NCBI GenBank assembly: GCA_965205975.1
Contig: OZ242195.1
Coordinates: 2,976,001 to 3,040,000, forward strand
DNA: 64,000 nucleotides
Direction: 5' to 3'
DNA from: Candidatus Latescibacterota bacterium
Lineage (GTDB): Bacteria; Latescibacterota; UBA2968
Below are positions 27,966-37,999 of this stretch, one piece after another; within the stretch, counting starts at the first letter, position 1, and every line of letters starts with the position of its first letter. Made by a program: the position numbers and the translations under genes. The notes beneath the pieces are model-generated. The model searched no databases and was not told the origin of the DNA. It saw nothing but the letters and a program-made list of their open reading frames with translations.

Positions 27966-27997
27966 TTGACAGCTTTTAAAAAAGAGACTATAGTCTC
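27966..27997 (+). promoter_or_regulatory. Methylase promoter with palindromic operator over the -10 box
   Basis: TTGACA (27966)-N17-TATAGT (27989); perfect palindrome GAGACTATAGTCTC at 27984-27997. Confidence 0.75.
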
Positions 27998-28031
27998 CAC
28001 CGAGTACTAACCTTTCTCAGGGGATCTAATT

Positions 28032-29186
28032 ATGAAGCAAGCCAAAATTTTCGATCTTTTTTGCGGCACAGGTGGTTTTTCAAAAGGTTTTGAAAAGGTT
28101 GCCGATATTCAATATCAAACTGTTTTGGGTGTAGATTTATTACCTATTGCTGTTGAAACTTTTTGTTTTAACCACCAGGAAGCCTTTGGGATATGCAAAG
28201 ATATACGAACCCTGAGAAAAACGGCAGTTTCTGACATGCTAAAAATTAAAAGGGGAGAATTGGACTTAATTATTGGTGGTCCTCCTTGTCAAGGATTCTC
28301 TTCTATAAGACCTTTTCGCTCGTGTCAAGAGGACGATCCAAGAAATTCACTATTTGAGGAATATGCTTCATTTGTAAACTTTTTTCGGCCTAAAGCATTT
28401 GTGTTAGAAAATGTTATCGGTTTGGCAACGCATAAAAAGGGTTCTACAATAGAAATGATGGAGGAATGTTTCTATAAAATTGGATATGAATCTGACTGGA
28501 AAATTCTCAATACTGCTCATTTTGGTATTCCTCAGAAACGAGAACGATTGATATTTATAGGCGTCGTCAAAGGAAATATGCCCAAATTTCCTGTACCAAA
28601 TTACCAATATAAAGGGGCGACTATCGGCCATAAAAAGAAATTCAGAATGCTTTTACCAAAGGAGCCTGATCTTTTTACAAAATCAGAATTGAACCCTGCA
28701 ATAACCGTTATGGACGCAATTGATGATTTGCCTCCCGTTGAATCTGGCGAGAAAGCCACAGTATATGTCAACAAACCAAGAACGGAATATCAGCAGGCAA
28801 GAAGGAATGGAACCAAAATATTAACACTTCATGAAGCGACCAATCATTCGGGAAAAATGCTCGAAATAATACATCACGCGGGCAAAAACATCAATTCTAT
28901 TCCCAAACATCTAATAAGTAGTGGGTTTAGTTCTTGTTATTCGAGATTGGATGCAAATGAGCCTGCGGTAACGATAACGGTCAATTTTGTTCATCCTGCA
29001 TCTAATAGATGTATCCATCCCCTACAAAACCGCGCTCTTACACCCAGAGAAGGCGCACGCCTACAATCCTTTGATGATGATTTCATGTTTGCAGGTACTC
29101 GCTCACAAATCGTCAAACAAATAGGAAATGCAGTTCCACCTCTGTTGGGACAGCGCATCGGAGAAGCATTAGCTCCCGTGTTTTAA
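28032..29186 (+). CDS. DNA (cytosine-5) methyltransferase
   Basis: DLFCGTGG, GPPCQGFS, ENV, QKRER, RLQSFDD, QIGNAVPP. Confidence 0.97.
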   Translation: MKQAKIFDLFCGTGGFSKGFEKVADIQYQTVLGVDLLPIAVETFCFNHQEAFGICKDIRTLRKTAVSDMLKIKRGELDLIIGGPPCQGFSSIRPFRSCQEDDPRNSLFEEYASFVNFFRPKAFVLENVIGLATHKKGSTIEMMEECFYKIGYESDWKILNTAHFGIPQKRERLIFIGVVKGNMPKFPVPNYQYKGATIGHKKKFRMLLPKEPDLFTKSELNPAITVMDAIDDLPPVESGEKATVYVNKPRTEYQQARRNGTKILTLHEATNHSGKMLEIIHHAGKNINSIPKHLISSGFSSCYSRLDANEPAVTITVNFVHPASNRCIHPLQNRALTPREGARLQSFDDDFMFAGTRSQIVKQIGNAVPPLLGQRIGEALAPVF

Positions 29187-29220
29187 GCACCGACCATAGT
29201 ACAAACCAACCTGTTCTCCG

Positions 29221-30315
29221 CTATCCTAACTCTTTCAAAACTTCCCGCAACCGTCTCGCAACAATCACATCCTCCCCCTGCTCCATCATATAAGGCATCA
29301 CTTCCACACCATTTTCATGCGTAAACATCTCAATGCGCGGATCGCCATCTGACAACTGTTGCAGGACCTCCTCTGGCGCAATCGGCAAAACTGTCTGATC
29401 CCAGTGAACCTCCAGAATCGGCGCCACATTAGACCGCCCGGGGTCTCGAACCCGCGACGTCACCGACGGCAAATCCGCAACCGCACTGCCAATCGCCTGC
29501 AACCACTGCTCCCACTCCGCCCACTCGGCATCGTGATCGCGCTGCACCCACTTCTCCACCGCCGCCAGCAGCCCCATCACCTCCTCCTTACCCGCCTTCA
29601 TCGCTCGCCCCAGCGAATGATGTGGCGCGCCATTGATAAAAGCCGCCTGCAAAATATCCTTTCGCCCCAACACCAGCCCCGACGACTGGGGACCGCGCAA
29701 ACACTTGCCCCCGCTATAAGCCACAGCATCTGCACCCGCTTGCAAATACGCATTGGGCACATCTGGCCGCTCTGCCGCGGCATCCACAAATACCGGCACA
29801 CCCTTGCGATGACAAATCGCCACCACATCCTCAAGCGGAATATCGCTATGATCCGTTTGATCCCCAAAAAACGCAAACATCGCCGTGCGATCATCAATCG
29901 CTAAAGAAAGCGCATCGTGATCCTCCACCTCCACCATCTCCACCCCCGCCGCCCGAATCGCATGCGTATAAATATGCAAATGCCCAGGCTGATACAACAC
30001 CCGATTCTTCAACCCCCTTGTATCGGGCAATTGTTTGATCTTATCCGGATCATCACCCGCCACACACGCCGACGTCACCTGCGTCAGCGCCGCAGCGCAT
30101 CCATTTGTCACCAGCCCCCACTCGCACTGCATCAACGCGGCAATACGCGCCCCCACCGCATCCATCAACTCATCCAAATGCACATACGCCTTCGCCGCCT
30201 CCATCATCGCCTCGCATACCTCGGGCAACATCAGCGAACCGCTGATAATCGTATATGTCCCGCGACAGTTAATCAACGGCCGCACACCAATTGAACGATA
30301 AGTAGGAACAGTCAT
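29221..30315 (-). CDS. SelA/DgaE-like PLP-dependent enzyme
   Basis: PLINCRGTYT..SGS, VDAAAE, SGGKCLRGPQSSG, GRAMKAGKEE. Confidence 0.85.
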   Translation of the reverse strand: MTVPTYRSIGVRPLINCRGTYTIISGSLMLPEVCEAMMEAAKAYVHLDELMDAVGARIAALMQCEWGLVTNGCAAALTQVTSACVAGDDPDKIKQLPDTRGLKNRVLYQPGHLHIYTHAIRAAGVEMVEVEDHDALSLAIDDRTAMFAFFGDQTDHSDIPLEDVVAICHRKGVPVFVDAAAERPDVPNAYLQAGADAVAYSGGKCLRGPQSSGLVLGRKDILQAAFINGAPHHSLGRAMKAGKEEVMGLLAAVEKWVQRDHDAEWAEWEQWLQAIGSAVADLPSVTSRVRDPGRSNVAPILEVHWDQTVLPIAPEEVLQQLSDGDPRIEMFTHENGVEVMPYMMEQGEDVIVARRLREVLKELG

Positions 30316-30329
30316 AGTCGCCCTCCACA

Positions 30330-31739
30330 TCAGGCAAAATAGCGCGTGTACAAAATATAAATAGCCAGACCAATCATCAGCAAAAAACAGAACCACAACA
30401 GCAAATCCGTCTTCAAAGACGGTTTCAGGCGCTGATCGAGATGTCTATAGCGCAAATACAACGTCCCCCCGGCAATCAGAGGAAACTTAATCGCCCCAAA
30501 CAAATGCCCTATAGTCAGCATCCAAACCGGATTTTGAAAAAAGAAATACGCCAGAGAAGTCACCAGCGGGGAAACCACCGCCCAAACGCGCAAAATGCGA
30601 ACCCGAGTCTTGTAATCATTGCGCTCGATCAAACCCATCACAGACATCCCATCCGCAAAAATGCGCACACCACCGCCCAGACCGGATATCGCCGTTGAAT
30701 AAAGCACAAAAAAAGCACCCACCATAAACAACCAGAACGCCCATTCGCCAAGGGTCTGCGTGTACATATTGGAAAGCACGGGAATGGTCTCAAGACCATC
30801 GGGTTGTTTATTGAGCCGATACAACACACCCGCACCCAGCATATAAAATGGAATCGTCGCACAGGTCAGCAACCCCAGTGTCAAAAGCACATCGGTTTGC
30901 ATCACCCGAATCCATCCCCTCGCGCGCTGAACCCAGGCATTGGACGGATCTGCCGGTCCCGAAAAACGCGCATAGCCCTTTTCCACACACCAATACGTAT
31001 AGGCCATCTGTTCGCCCGACCCCACCCCGGTCCCCCCATACATCGCCAGCGCGGCCAACAGCGCAAAAACCGGAAAACCAAACGTCAGCCCACCGCGCAC
31101 CTCTTCCCAGGTAATCGCATATTCGGTCAACTGCAGCAAAACAGCACACGCGATCGTAATAAACGTAAAGAGCACCACCAGAACCGTCATCAGCCTCTCG
31201 AGAAACCGATACGTCCCCGTCAGAATAATCACAGACGCCGTACCAGCCAGAATAACCGTCCACCATTCCGAGCCAAGAGACGGCAGCGCCATGTGAATCG
31301 CCTGACCGGCCCCCCCGTAAATACCACCGCTGATCAACTGCCCGGGAATAATCCAGAGCAACCAGAAATAGATGTACCACGACACCTTCCGCCCGTTAAA
31401 CGCGGGCAACTTCCCGGGCAATCGGTTAAAAGCGTGCAAAAAAGGTTCGCCAGAAGCAACCGAAAAACGCGCGAGTTCCGCCTGAACAATATTCTTGCTC
31501 CAGCAACTCACCAGCACAAACCAGAGCATTGAAAATCCGACAATAGAGCCCAAATTCGTCGTCAAAATAATCTCACCAGACCCCACCACAGACCCCACCA
31601 AGATCAGCCCCGGACCGAGAAACTTCAGCGTACTGCGAAGTCCTTGTGGGGGGTCCTGAACCGCCCGTGGATCCAGCGCGTAGAGATCTGGATTTTCATC
31701 TTCTCCCGATGGTTGTACAGTTTTGGATTCTTCTGGCAT
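30330..31739 (-). CDS. NRAMP-like (APC superfamily) transporter
   Basis: LGPGLIL.GSVVGSGE, YTYWCVEKG, about 11 TMs. Confidence 0.8.
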   Translation of the reverse strand: MPEESKTVQPSGEDENPDLYALDPRAVQDPPQGLRSTLKFLGPGLILVGSVVGSGEIILTTNLGSIVGFSMLWFVLVSCWSKNIVQAELARFSVASGEPFLHAFNRLPGKLPAFNGRKVSWYIYFWLLWIIPGQLISGGIYGGAGQAIHMALPSLGSEWWTVILAGTASVIILTGTYRFLERLMTVLVVLFTFITIACAVLLQLTEYAITWEEVRGGLTFGFPVFALLAALAMYGGTGVGSGEQMAYTYWCVEKGYARFSGPADPSNAWVQRARGWIRVMQTDVLLTLGLLTCATIPFYMLGAGVLYRLNKQPDGLETIPVLSNMYTQTLGEWAFWLFMVGAFFVLYSTAISGLGGGVRIFADGMSVMGLIERNDYKTRVRILRVWAVVSPLVTSLAYFFFQNPVWMLTIGHLFGAIKFPLIAGGTLYLRYRHLDQRLKPSLKTDLLLWFCFLLMIGLAIYILYTRYFA

Positions 31740-31756
31740 ATACCCCCCTTGAAAAC

Positions 31757-31852
31757 AAAAAGCCACCCGGTATGCACAGCGCATTTTCAGACAGTCCGGG
31801 CCATTGGCACCACTGGCATCGTGCTGTACGTGCGAATCTCGGGTGGTTATTT
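31757..31852. other. Long imperfect stem-loop between infA and the NRAMP-like gene (terminator or structured RNA)
   Basis: AGCCACCCG/CGGGTGGTT outer stem, GTATGCACAGCGC/GTGCTGTACGTGC inner stem, GCCATTG/CACTGGC apical stem; U-tract follows on the minus strand. Confidence 0.5.
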
Positions 31853-31870
31853 ACGTGTCGTTTTGAGTAT

Positions 31871-32176
31871 TTAACGACGGCGACGCGACCTGCGGCCACC
31901 GCGGCCAGGGCGCCGGCCTCCGCCTCCTTGTGTACTCGGAGGAGGCGGTCCACCTGTTCCAGAATCGCGGAATGTAATGCGCCCCCGGTTCAGGTCATAA
32001 GGAGAGGTCTCAATCGTGACGGTATCGCCCACAACAATGCGAATATTAAAACGGCGCATTTTGCCCGACGTATAACCGAGAATCTGATGTCCTCCTTCAA
32101 TCTCAACCTTGTATTGCCCATCGGGCAAAATATCGACAATCGTTCCTTCCAGTACAACTTTTTCTTCTTTTGCCAT
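31871..32176 (-). CDS. infA: Translation initiation factor IF-1 with Gly/Pro/Arg-rich C-terminal tail
   Basis: MAKEEKVVLEGTIVDILP...SGKMRRFNIRIVVGDTVTIETSPYDLNRGRITFR; GGAGG RBS. Confidence 0.93.
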   Translation of the reverse strand: MAKEEKVVLEGTIVDILPDGQYKVEIEGGHQILGYTSGKMRRFNIRIVVGDTVTIETSPYDLNRGRITFRDSGTGGPPPPSTQGGGGRRPGRGGRRSRRRR

Positions 32177-32345
32177 ATAACCTCCAACTATGGGATGGAT
32201 AAACTCGTCTCTCTTCTTTACACCATTTGGGATGCATAGAGCTAAAAATAAAGCCAGCCTTTCAATAAGATATGAGAGAAAATTTATGTTCACAAGTATT
32301 TTTGACACGCAACCAATCTCCAAATTTTACACTTGAACGCACAGC

Positions 32346-33530
32346 TCAAAAAATGCGATAGCTCAGGGCAAAAAGAAGACTCTGTCTAAAAGGCAACCCT
32401 TCTTCTTTGGAAATTTGCTCAATAGCCGTCAAGCTAATACTGTTTTCGACAAAAAATGTGAAACTGATATTTGAAATATATCTAAATCTCGCATCGTGAT
32501 CGCGCTCTTTGCTGATGTGGAGTGTATTGGAACTCACAAAGGCAATTCTGTTGGTAATCTCGTAGATAAAATCGACATTCTGCCGAATATTATACTCTCG
32601 CCTGAAATGGTCCCTCTTGAATGGCGTATCCAGTTTGAAATCCGTGTTGACCTGTATCTGCCAGCTAATAGGTCGCGAATACCGCACATTAAGAGCCAGA
32701 GCAGGAGGAGGCCGTTCTATGTCTTTATCCCTGGTCTGTAATTGATACTGAACCCCCGCATTGACATCCCAACCAAAAAATCGGTCACTGATCTGCTCCT
32801 GTGTGAGTACCTCGCGCATGCGAAAGAGGCCAACAGGACCAATATTGCCACCCCCGGTCACAAGACCGGTTTTGTCAATTTCACTGCTCATATCTTCGTA
32901 CCAGTAGTGCAGATAGGTACGGCTACCGTAGATATTGCGGTACTCATCTTCTTTTTCAATAATTTGCCCAAGCGCGATCATCGTGTCTTTGGGCAGAAAA
33001 TCGCTAATAACGCCTTCTTCAAACAAAAAGTCTTCGATACGCACGGCTTTGCGCAGGGCGGTGGCATTGATAAATCGGCCATATCCAAGACCCAAAATGA
33101 CATCACTCTGCGGACGGTCAAAGCCCTTACGCATCAAAACATCGGGACTGACAAAATAGAAAAACTTATTGGTTTCCCGGAAATACTTTTGAACCTGTAT
33201 ATCGAGATTCATATCGTAAGTACCCGTGCGCTCAGAACCTTCAAATAAAAATTGGCGAAAATATGAAGCCGAACCGATTGCGTCGATAAAATACGCAAAC
33301 GGCAGGGAACTGTAGAACTTCTTGTACACAAGACCGATTTCGCCCTGTTCGTGTATAACTTCTTTGCCCTCAGTCGTAAAATTAAAACTCAACGCATCAA
33401 TGCGTAGATTATCCACCCGACTCACCGGTACTTTGTAGTCGGTGACCGAAACATTTTGCGCCTCTGCCGATGTTGTAAGTGCTGCAAGCATACAGCAGAC
33501 AAGTGCCTTTAATAGATATTGTGCATCCAT
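32346..33530 (-). CDS. Hypothetical exported protein, likely outer-membrane beta-barrel
   Basis: Signal peptide ending AEA, alternating beta-strand pattern, terminal YRIF; GGAGG before MDAQY. Confidence 0.65.
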   Translation of the reverse strand: MDAQYLLKALVCCMLAALTTSAEAQNVSVTDYKVPVSRVDNLRIDALSFNFTTEGKEVIHEQGEIGLVYKKFYSSLPFAYFIDAIGSASYFRQFLFEGSERTGTYDMNLDIQVQKYFRETNKFFYFVSPDVLMRKGFDRPQSDVILGLGYGRFINATALRKAVRIEDFLFEEGVISDFLPKDTMIALGQIIEKEDEYRNIYGSRTYLHYWYEDMSSEIDKTGLVTGGGNIGPVGLFRMREVLTQEQISDRFFGWDVNAGVQYQLQTRDKDIERPPPALALNVRYSRPISWQIQVNTDFKLDTPFKRDHFRREYNIRQNVDFIYEITNRIAFVSSNTLHISKERDHDARFRYISNISFTFFVENSISLTAIEQISKEEGLPFRQSLLFALSYRIF

Positions 33531-33604
33531 GGTCAGCCTCCGCGATAAGCTATTTGTCAGTCCAGCAAGTTGTTCCCAAAATGAACGAGCCTGATATCCG
33601 TTCT

Positions 33605-34570
33605 TCATTCTGTATTCTCCGGATTCATTTCAACTGCAGGTCTCGGAATGATAAAAATAATATCATCGTAATCCGCTGCGACGACTGTCTCCGTATTATT
33701 TGAATCGGTGAGCAACCCCAACAAATCGACTGGACGGGGATCACCACCGAACAGACGGCGATAGTCTTGATATGCATTCACCTCTTCCCAGACCCATTTC
33801 CCCAGATCATCTGTACCGCTGCGCAACACAATCATATGTTGTCTGCTACTCGAAATAACCGTGCCTTTGGGAAGTGTTTCGCTCCAGATATATTTGAGTG
33901 ATTTGGCTGCCTTGGGATTCCATTTACTTGCTCCAATAATCAGACGCACCGCAGCAGCACTATCGTTTTTGTCGGAGTTGGTTTCATTCGATCCCTCGGG
34001 CAAATTGTGTACCCGCCAGCGCCAGCGCAATTTCTGGAACGAACGCAAACTGATGTTGATTTCTCTGCCTCGAAATGTGACTTTTGCTTCTCTTCCAAAA
34101 TTTACGGCACCGCCTTTTGTTTTTGCATTCAGATAATGGTTATTATCTTCTTCTAAAATCCGATAGTAAACATCTTCTTTTTTTGTTTCTCTGTAAAACA
34201 GACCCGATCGCCCTCCCCAAATCTTGTCGGGATAAGTATTCAAAAATTTAGGATAATCAAAGGCATCGAGAACATAGGTCGAGTCCCCCGCAGGCGTGAC
34301 CCAGTGAGCAGGGGGTTGCGTGGGATCTGTTATTTTAAGTATTGTCGGAGGCTCGTGACCTGACCTGGACGGATCGGCCATTGCAGGATCAACAGCCGTA
34401 GAATCAACAGATACAGAGACAACCGGTTGGACGCCCGTAGAATCGGGACCGGCAGCAAAGCATACGCTGTATCTAAGATCAATAACAAATACCACGAGCA
34501 TGCACAGTCTGAGAACCATGTTTATCAAGTATATGCTAATAAAGTCAGTATGGGAACGCAATCCCATCAT
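33605..34570 (-). CDS. DUF3047 domain protein
   Basis: LRWRWRV, DSAAAV, LKYIWS, WVWEEVNAYQDY, TDSNNT. Start uncertain. Confidence 0.75.
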   Translation of the reverse strand: MMGLRSHTDFISIYLINMVLRLCMLVVFVIDLRYSVCFAAGPDSTGVQPVVSVSVDSTAVDPAMADPSRSGHEPPTILKITDPTQPPAHWVTPAGDSTYVLDAFDYPKFLNTYPDKIWGGRSGLFYRETKKEDVYYRILEEDNNHYLNAKTKGGAVNFGREAKVTFRGREINISLRSFQKLRWRWRVHNLPEGSNETNSDKNDSAAAVRLIIGASKWNPKAAKSLKYIWSETLPKGTVISSSRQHMIVLRSGTDDLGKWVWEEVNAYQDYRRLFGGDPRPVDLLGLLTDSNNTETVVAADYDDIIFIIPRPAVEMNPENTE

Positions 34571-35445
34571 CCAACCCCGCCGTTACCAATAAAATATCGG
34601 CTTTTGTAAAGTTGATTTTCCGCATCGCTGGTGACAGCCGATAGAAATCCAGAACGGGCTGCGGCTGCACCCCAATTGCCATATTTGTCAATGGCGATAT
34701 AAGCCATCTGAAAAGGTCGCGCAGAGGGAACGCGCACAATGAGATGTTGTACAACAGCTTCGCAGGCTTCCTGCGGAGATTTGCCCTGCCGCATGTGTTC
34801 AACAACAGCAAACGATCCGCAGGTACGAGCGATCTCCTCACCACGTCCAGTGGCTGCGGCAGCACCTGCGTCATTATCCGCATAAAGTCCCGAACCAATA
34901 AGCGGTGAATCGCCAACACGACCGGGCAACTTAAACGCCGCACCACTTGTAGTACAAGCTGCCGCGAGATTTCCGCGCTGGTCAAGCGCGATCATACCAA
35001 TGGTATCGTGGACATCTGCGGGAGGACCTGTTTGCTCCCTTTTCCATTTTTCCCAGGCTTCTCGCCCATGCTCGGTAAGCATATTACATTCTTCAAAGCC
35101 CTGTGCGCGCGCAAATTTCAGCGCGCCATTGCCCACCAGAAAAACGTGATCTGTTTTCTCCATCACGCGCCGCGCCACAGCAGTGGGTGTGGCAATCTTT
35201 CTAAGCCCAGCCACCGCACCATAACTGAGGGTGCGCCCGTCAACAACCGCGGCATCGACTTCGACCTCGCCCTCGGCATTGGGATATCCGCCGAAACCAA
35301 CGCTCTTGACAGCAGGATCGCGTTCCGCCACCTCAACACCCCGCACAACGGCATCGAGCGCAGAACCACCGCTTTTCAAAATTTTCCAGGCGGGCTGATT
35401 AGAAGCCAGACCAAAGCGCCATGTGGATACAACAATGTGGGACAT
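34567..35445 (-). CDS. N(4)-(beta-N-acetylglucosaminyl)-L-asparaginase-like Ntn hydrolase
   Basis: SVGFGGYP, HDTIG autocleavage site, TTSG, GRVGDSP, ATGRGE. Confidence 0.9.
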   Translation of the reverse strand: MSHIVVSTWRFGLASNQPAWKILKSGGSALDAVVRGVEVAERDPAVKSVGFGGYPNAEGEVEVDAAVVDGRTLSYGAVAGLRKIATPTAVARRVMEKTDHVFLVGNGALKFARAQGFEECNMLTEHGREAWEKWKREQTGPPADVHDTIGMIALDQRGNLAAACTTSGAAFKLPGRVGDSPLIGSGLYADNDAGAAAATGRGEEIARTCGSFAVVEHMRQGKSPQEACEAVVQHLIVRVPSARPFQMAYIAIDKYGNWGAAAARSGFLSAVTSDAENQLYKSRYFIGNGGVG

Positions 35446-35474
35446 CGCCTTCTTTCTATTTTAGAATTTTTTAC

Positions 35475-36770
35475 CTATTCTCCCATCGCCCGGTAAATCG
35501 CATTTCGCGTACCTTCGAGATCAAAGCACTCGTACTGGTTGTCGTACATCACACGCGACGCAATATGCATAGCCTGTGATTCGGTTAGATATCCCTCTTC
35601 TACTTCGGCCTCAAGAGTTTTGTCAAGCCAGAAGCGGGTTTGAAATGCGTAGGCAGCGGCACTGGTGGGCCAGCGCGTATCGCCGCCAAAAACAAAGAGC
35701 TTATTGATGGGAGCACCGTGTATAAATCGGCGGACAAAATCGCTCGAGGCGTAGGGATTGATAGACCAGGCCCAGCACAGATCTGCCCAGACATTTTTGT
35801 AGTGCTTGGTCAGCGCGATGAGTTCATCGCTGTAGGGATAGGCAATGTGCATAAGCACAAAGCGGGCGTCGAGATATTTAGCCAAAAGCGCGCAGAGATT
35901 GCCAGCTTTGATGCGATCTACAGGCATGCGATTGTTACCGGCGTAATAGCCCGTATGGATTTTGAAAGGCAAATTGTGTTCAATAGTCAGTTCCACACCG
36001 CGTGCCCAGCACCAATCGCCAAGGCACAATCGCATGGACTCGGAAACATTGTTATTCGAGCTAAGCGTGGCGTAAAGCGCGCGTTCGACATCGCCGCGGG
36101 CACGCGCTTGCCAATTGAGGGTGCGATTGTACGCATGTTGGGCTTTAACCGCAATGGCACAAGGCGCATGTTTCTCAAATATGGCCTCCATCGCCTTCTG
36201 AAGAGAATCGAGATCAACAACAGTAATACCAGTGTCTTTGGCAATGGCTTCCTGGTCTATATGCCCACTGCAAAACCCCGCCCATGAGAGATCGTAAAGA
36301 AAAAAGTCTGGTCCAGATTCATCGGGGTCACAGGGCCAGGAAGAATCATCGGTTTGAATATGATCGAGATTCGCGACTTCGCGCAGCAAATTGTAGCGAC
36401 CGCCAGGGGTACGCAATTCGGTCAGTTTTTCCTGTGCGGGCGCGAGCACATCGGGCGTGAATTCATCAAAACCATACACATCGGTGACAATGCGCCGCAC
36501 AGCCTCGCCATAACCCGTATATTGCGTGGCCTCCCACGCCGCGCGAACACCTTCAAAACGCCCGGCGAGGTCTGGGTCTGAGGCATCCGTAAGACGACGC
36601 AGAGCTTCGGGCGATGCACCAGCCGTAATGAGGTCCGCAGGCACATAATTGCCAAAAAGGTCCTGTAATACGTCGGGGCCATTATCGGTCCAATCGGACT
36701 CCCGACGAAGATGCTCGTGCGTATCGCACAGCGCGGTTTGTTCGATATGTTCAGATAAATTGGTAGTCAT
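35475..36770 (-). CDS. Amidohydrolase superfamily protein
   Basis: DTHEH, KIHTG, LMH, FGGD. Confidence 0.8.
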   Translation of the reverse strand: MTTNLSEHIEQTALCDTHEHLRRESDWTDNGPDVLQDLFGNYVPADLITAGASPEALRRLTDASDPDLAGRFEGVRAAWEATQYTGYGEAVRRIVTDVYGFDEFTPDVLAPAQEKLTELRTPGGRYNLLREVANLDHIQTDDSSWPCDPDESGPDFFLYDLSWAGFCSGHIDQEAIAKDTGITVVDLDSLQKAMEAIFEKHAPCAIAVKAQHAYNRTLNWQARARGDVERALYATLSSNNNVSESMRLCLGDWCWARGVELTIEHNLPFKIHTGYYAGNNRMPVDRIKAGNLCALLAKYLDARFVLMHIAYPYSDELIALTKHYKNVWADLCWAWSINPYASSDFVRRFIHGAPINKLFVFGGDTRWPTSAAAYAFQTRFWLDKTLEAEVEEGYLTESQAMHIASRVMYDNQYECFDLEGTRNAIYRAMGE

Positions 36771-36787
36771 GGTGTTTATTCCTTTCA

Positions 36788-37555
36788 TCATCTCGCAACT
36801 TTCAACCAATATCCCCCATCCACGCTCAACACCGTCCCCGTAATATAGTCGGCAGCATCGGAACAGAGAAACGCGGCGGCATTGGCAATATCTTCCGGCG
36901 TCCCCAGACGCTTCCAGGGCAACGCAGTAGCAGCCTCGCGGATCTGTTCTTCCGTCGCATATTGACGCTCGCCGGGCGTGTCGATATACCCGGGCGTAAT
37001 CACATTGGCGCGAATGCGTTGGTCGGTAAGTTCATTGGCAATAGTCGCCGACATCTGATTGATCCCCGCCTTTGCCGCATTATAGGGCAACGAAGTAGAA
37101 AAGGGAATATTGGACAAAACAGAACTGATAAAGAGAATCGCTCCCCCATCGCCCTGTTTGACCATCTGGCGGGCACCGGCCTGTGCCATGTGGAAAGCGC
37201 CCCAAAACGTGACATCAAGCGTGCGACGTGCGCCATTCAGTTCCAGATCGAGAAACGGTTCGCGCTTGCTGTAATACGCATTGGAAACCACAATATCCAG
37301 ACGCCCAAATTGCTCAACCGCAACGGCGATCATCGCATCTACCGCATCGCGGTCAGACACATCTGCGCCATAGACAAGCGCGTCAGACCCCGCATCGCGA
37401 ATCTCAGCGGCAACTTCCTCGGCCTCGTCGGGATGCGTGCGATAATTGACCACAACCTTTGCGCCCGAACGCCCCATCCGAAGGGCAATACCGCGCCCTA
37501 TACCGCGCGACGCGCCAGAAATAAGCGCGACCTTTCCATCCAAATTGATATTCAT
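36788..37555 (-). CDS. SDR family oxidoreductase
   Basis: SGASRGIG, YNAAK, PGYIDT, VDGG. Confidence 0.93.
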   Translation of the reverse strand: MNINLDGKVALISGASRGIGRGIALRMGRSGAKVVVNYRTHPDEAEEVAAEIRDAGSDALVYGADVSDRDAVDAMIAVAVEQFGRLDIVVSNAYYSKREPFLDLELNGARRTLDVTFWGAFHMAQAGARQMVKQGDGGAILFISSVLSNIPFSTSLPYNAAKAGINQMSATIANELTDQRIRANVITPGYIDTPGERQYATEEQIREAATALPWKRLGTPEDIANAAAFLCSDAADYITGTVLSVDGGYWLKVAR

Positions 37556-37567
37556 AGAGAACTCCTT

Positions 37568-37999
37568 TTAATAGGGAAAAAAGAGATCTGGCTTCACCTT
37601 GAAATGTCGTGTCAAGATACGAATATGTGTTTTGCTCAACTCCTGTTCCTCAGAGAGAAGTTGCTGTACCAATGAGACGGGTTCTCCCAAAATTTCGCCG
37701 AGTTGAGACAAATTTATATCGTTTTGTTCTAAGAGATACTTGAGCGATTGAACAGGAGAGAGATGATCCAATTGCGATGCGTAATATTGATGATCGTACT
37801 TGCTGATGAGTTCGCCGAGCGTTTCAAGATAGTCATCCTGATCTCTCGTTCTTTCATTTAACACGGCAAGTTGATCCGCAATAGCCACCGCATTTTCATA
37901 GTCAATATCATCGCGAATAGGCCGAAGCTGATGAACCATATTCAACGCCTCAAATGTATCGGGCATAGGATCGGGAAGAACTGCTATGGCATTTTTCAT
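37568..37999 (-). CDS. higA: HigA-like antitoxin (HTH)
   Basis: PIRDDIDYENA, YLETLGELISKY, LKYLLEQ, LSKTHIRIL..HF; follows higB with 4-nt overlap. Confidence 0.85.
   Translation of the reverse strand: MKNAIAVLPDPMPDTFEALNMVHQLRPIRDDIDYENAVAIADQLAVLNERTRDQDDYLETLGELISKYDHQYYASQLDHLSPVQSLKYLLEQNDINLSQLGEILGEPVSLVQQLLSEEQELSKTHIRILTRHFKVKPDLFFPY

Noticed and set aside
27984..27997. GTCTC as the R-M recognition site
   Set aside because: Asymmetric sites normally need two methylase activities and only one is present; specificity cannot be read from the sequence.
29221..30315. True selenocysteine synthase selA
   Set aside because: Shorter SelA-like/DgaE type; no selB, selC or selD nearby.
31757..31852. 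SRP RNA, 6S RNA, or yybP-ykoY, NiCo or fluoride riboswitch
   Set aside because: Their conserved sequence motifs were not found by eye, and the element is too short for 6S.
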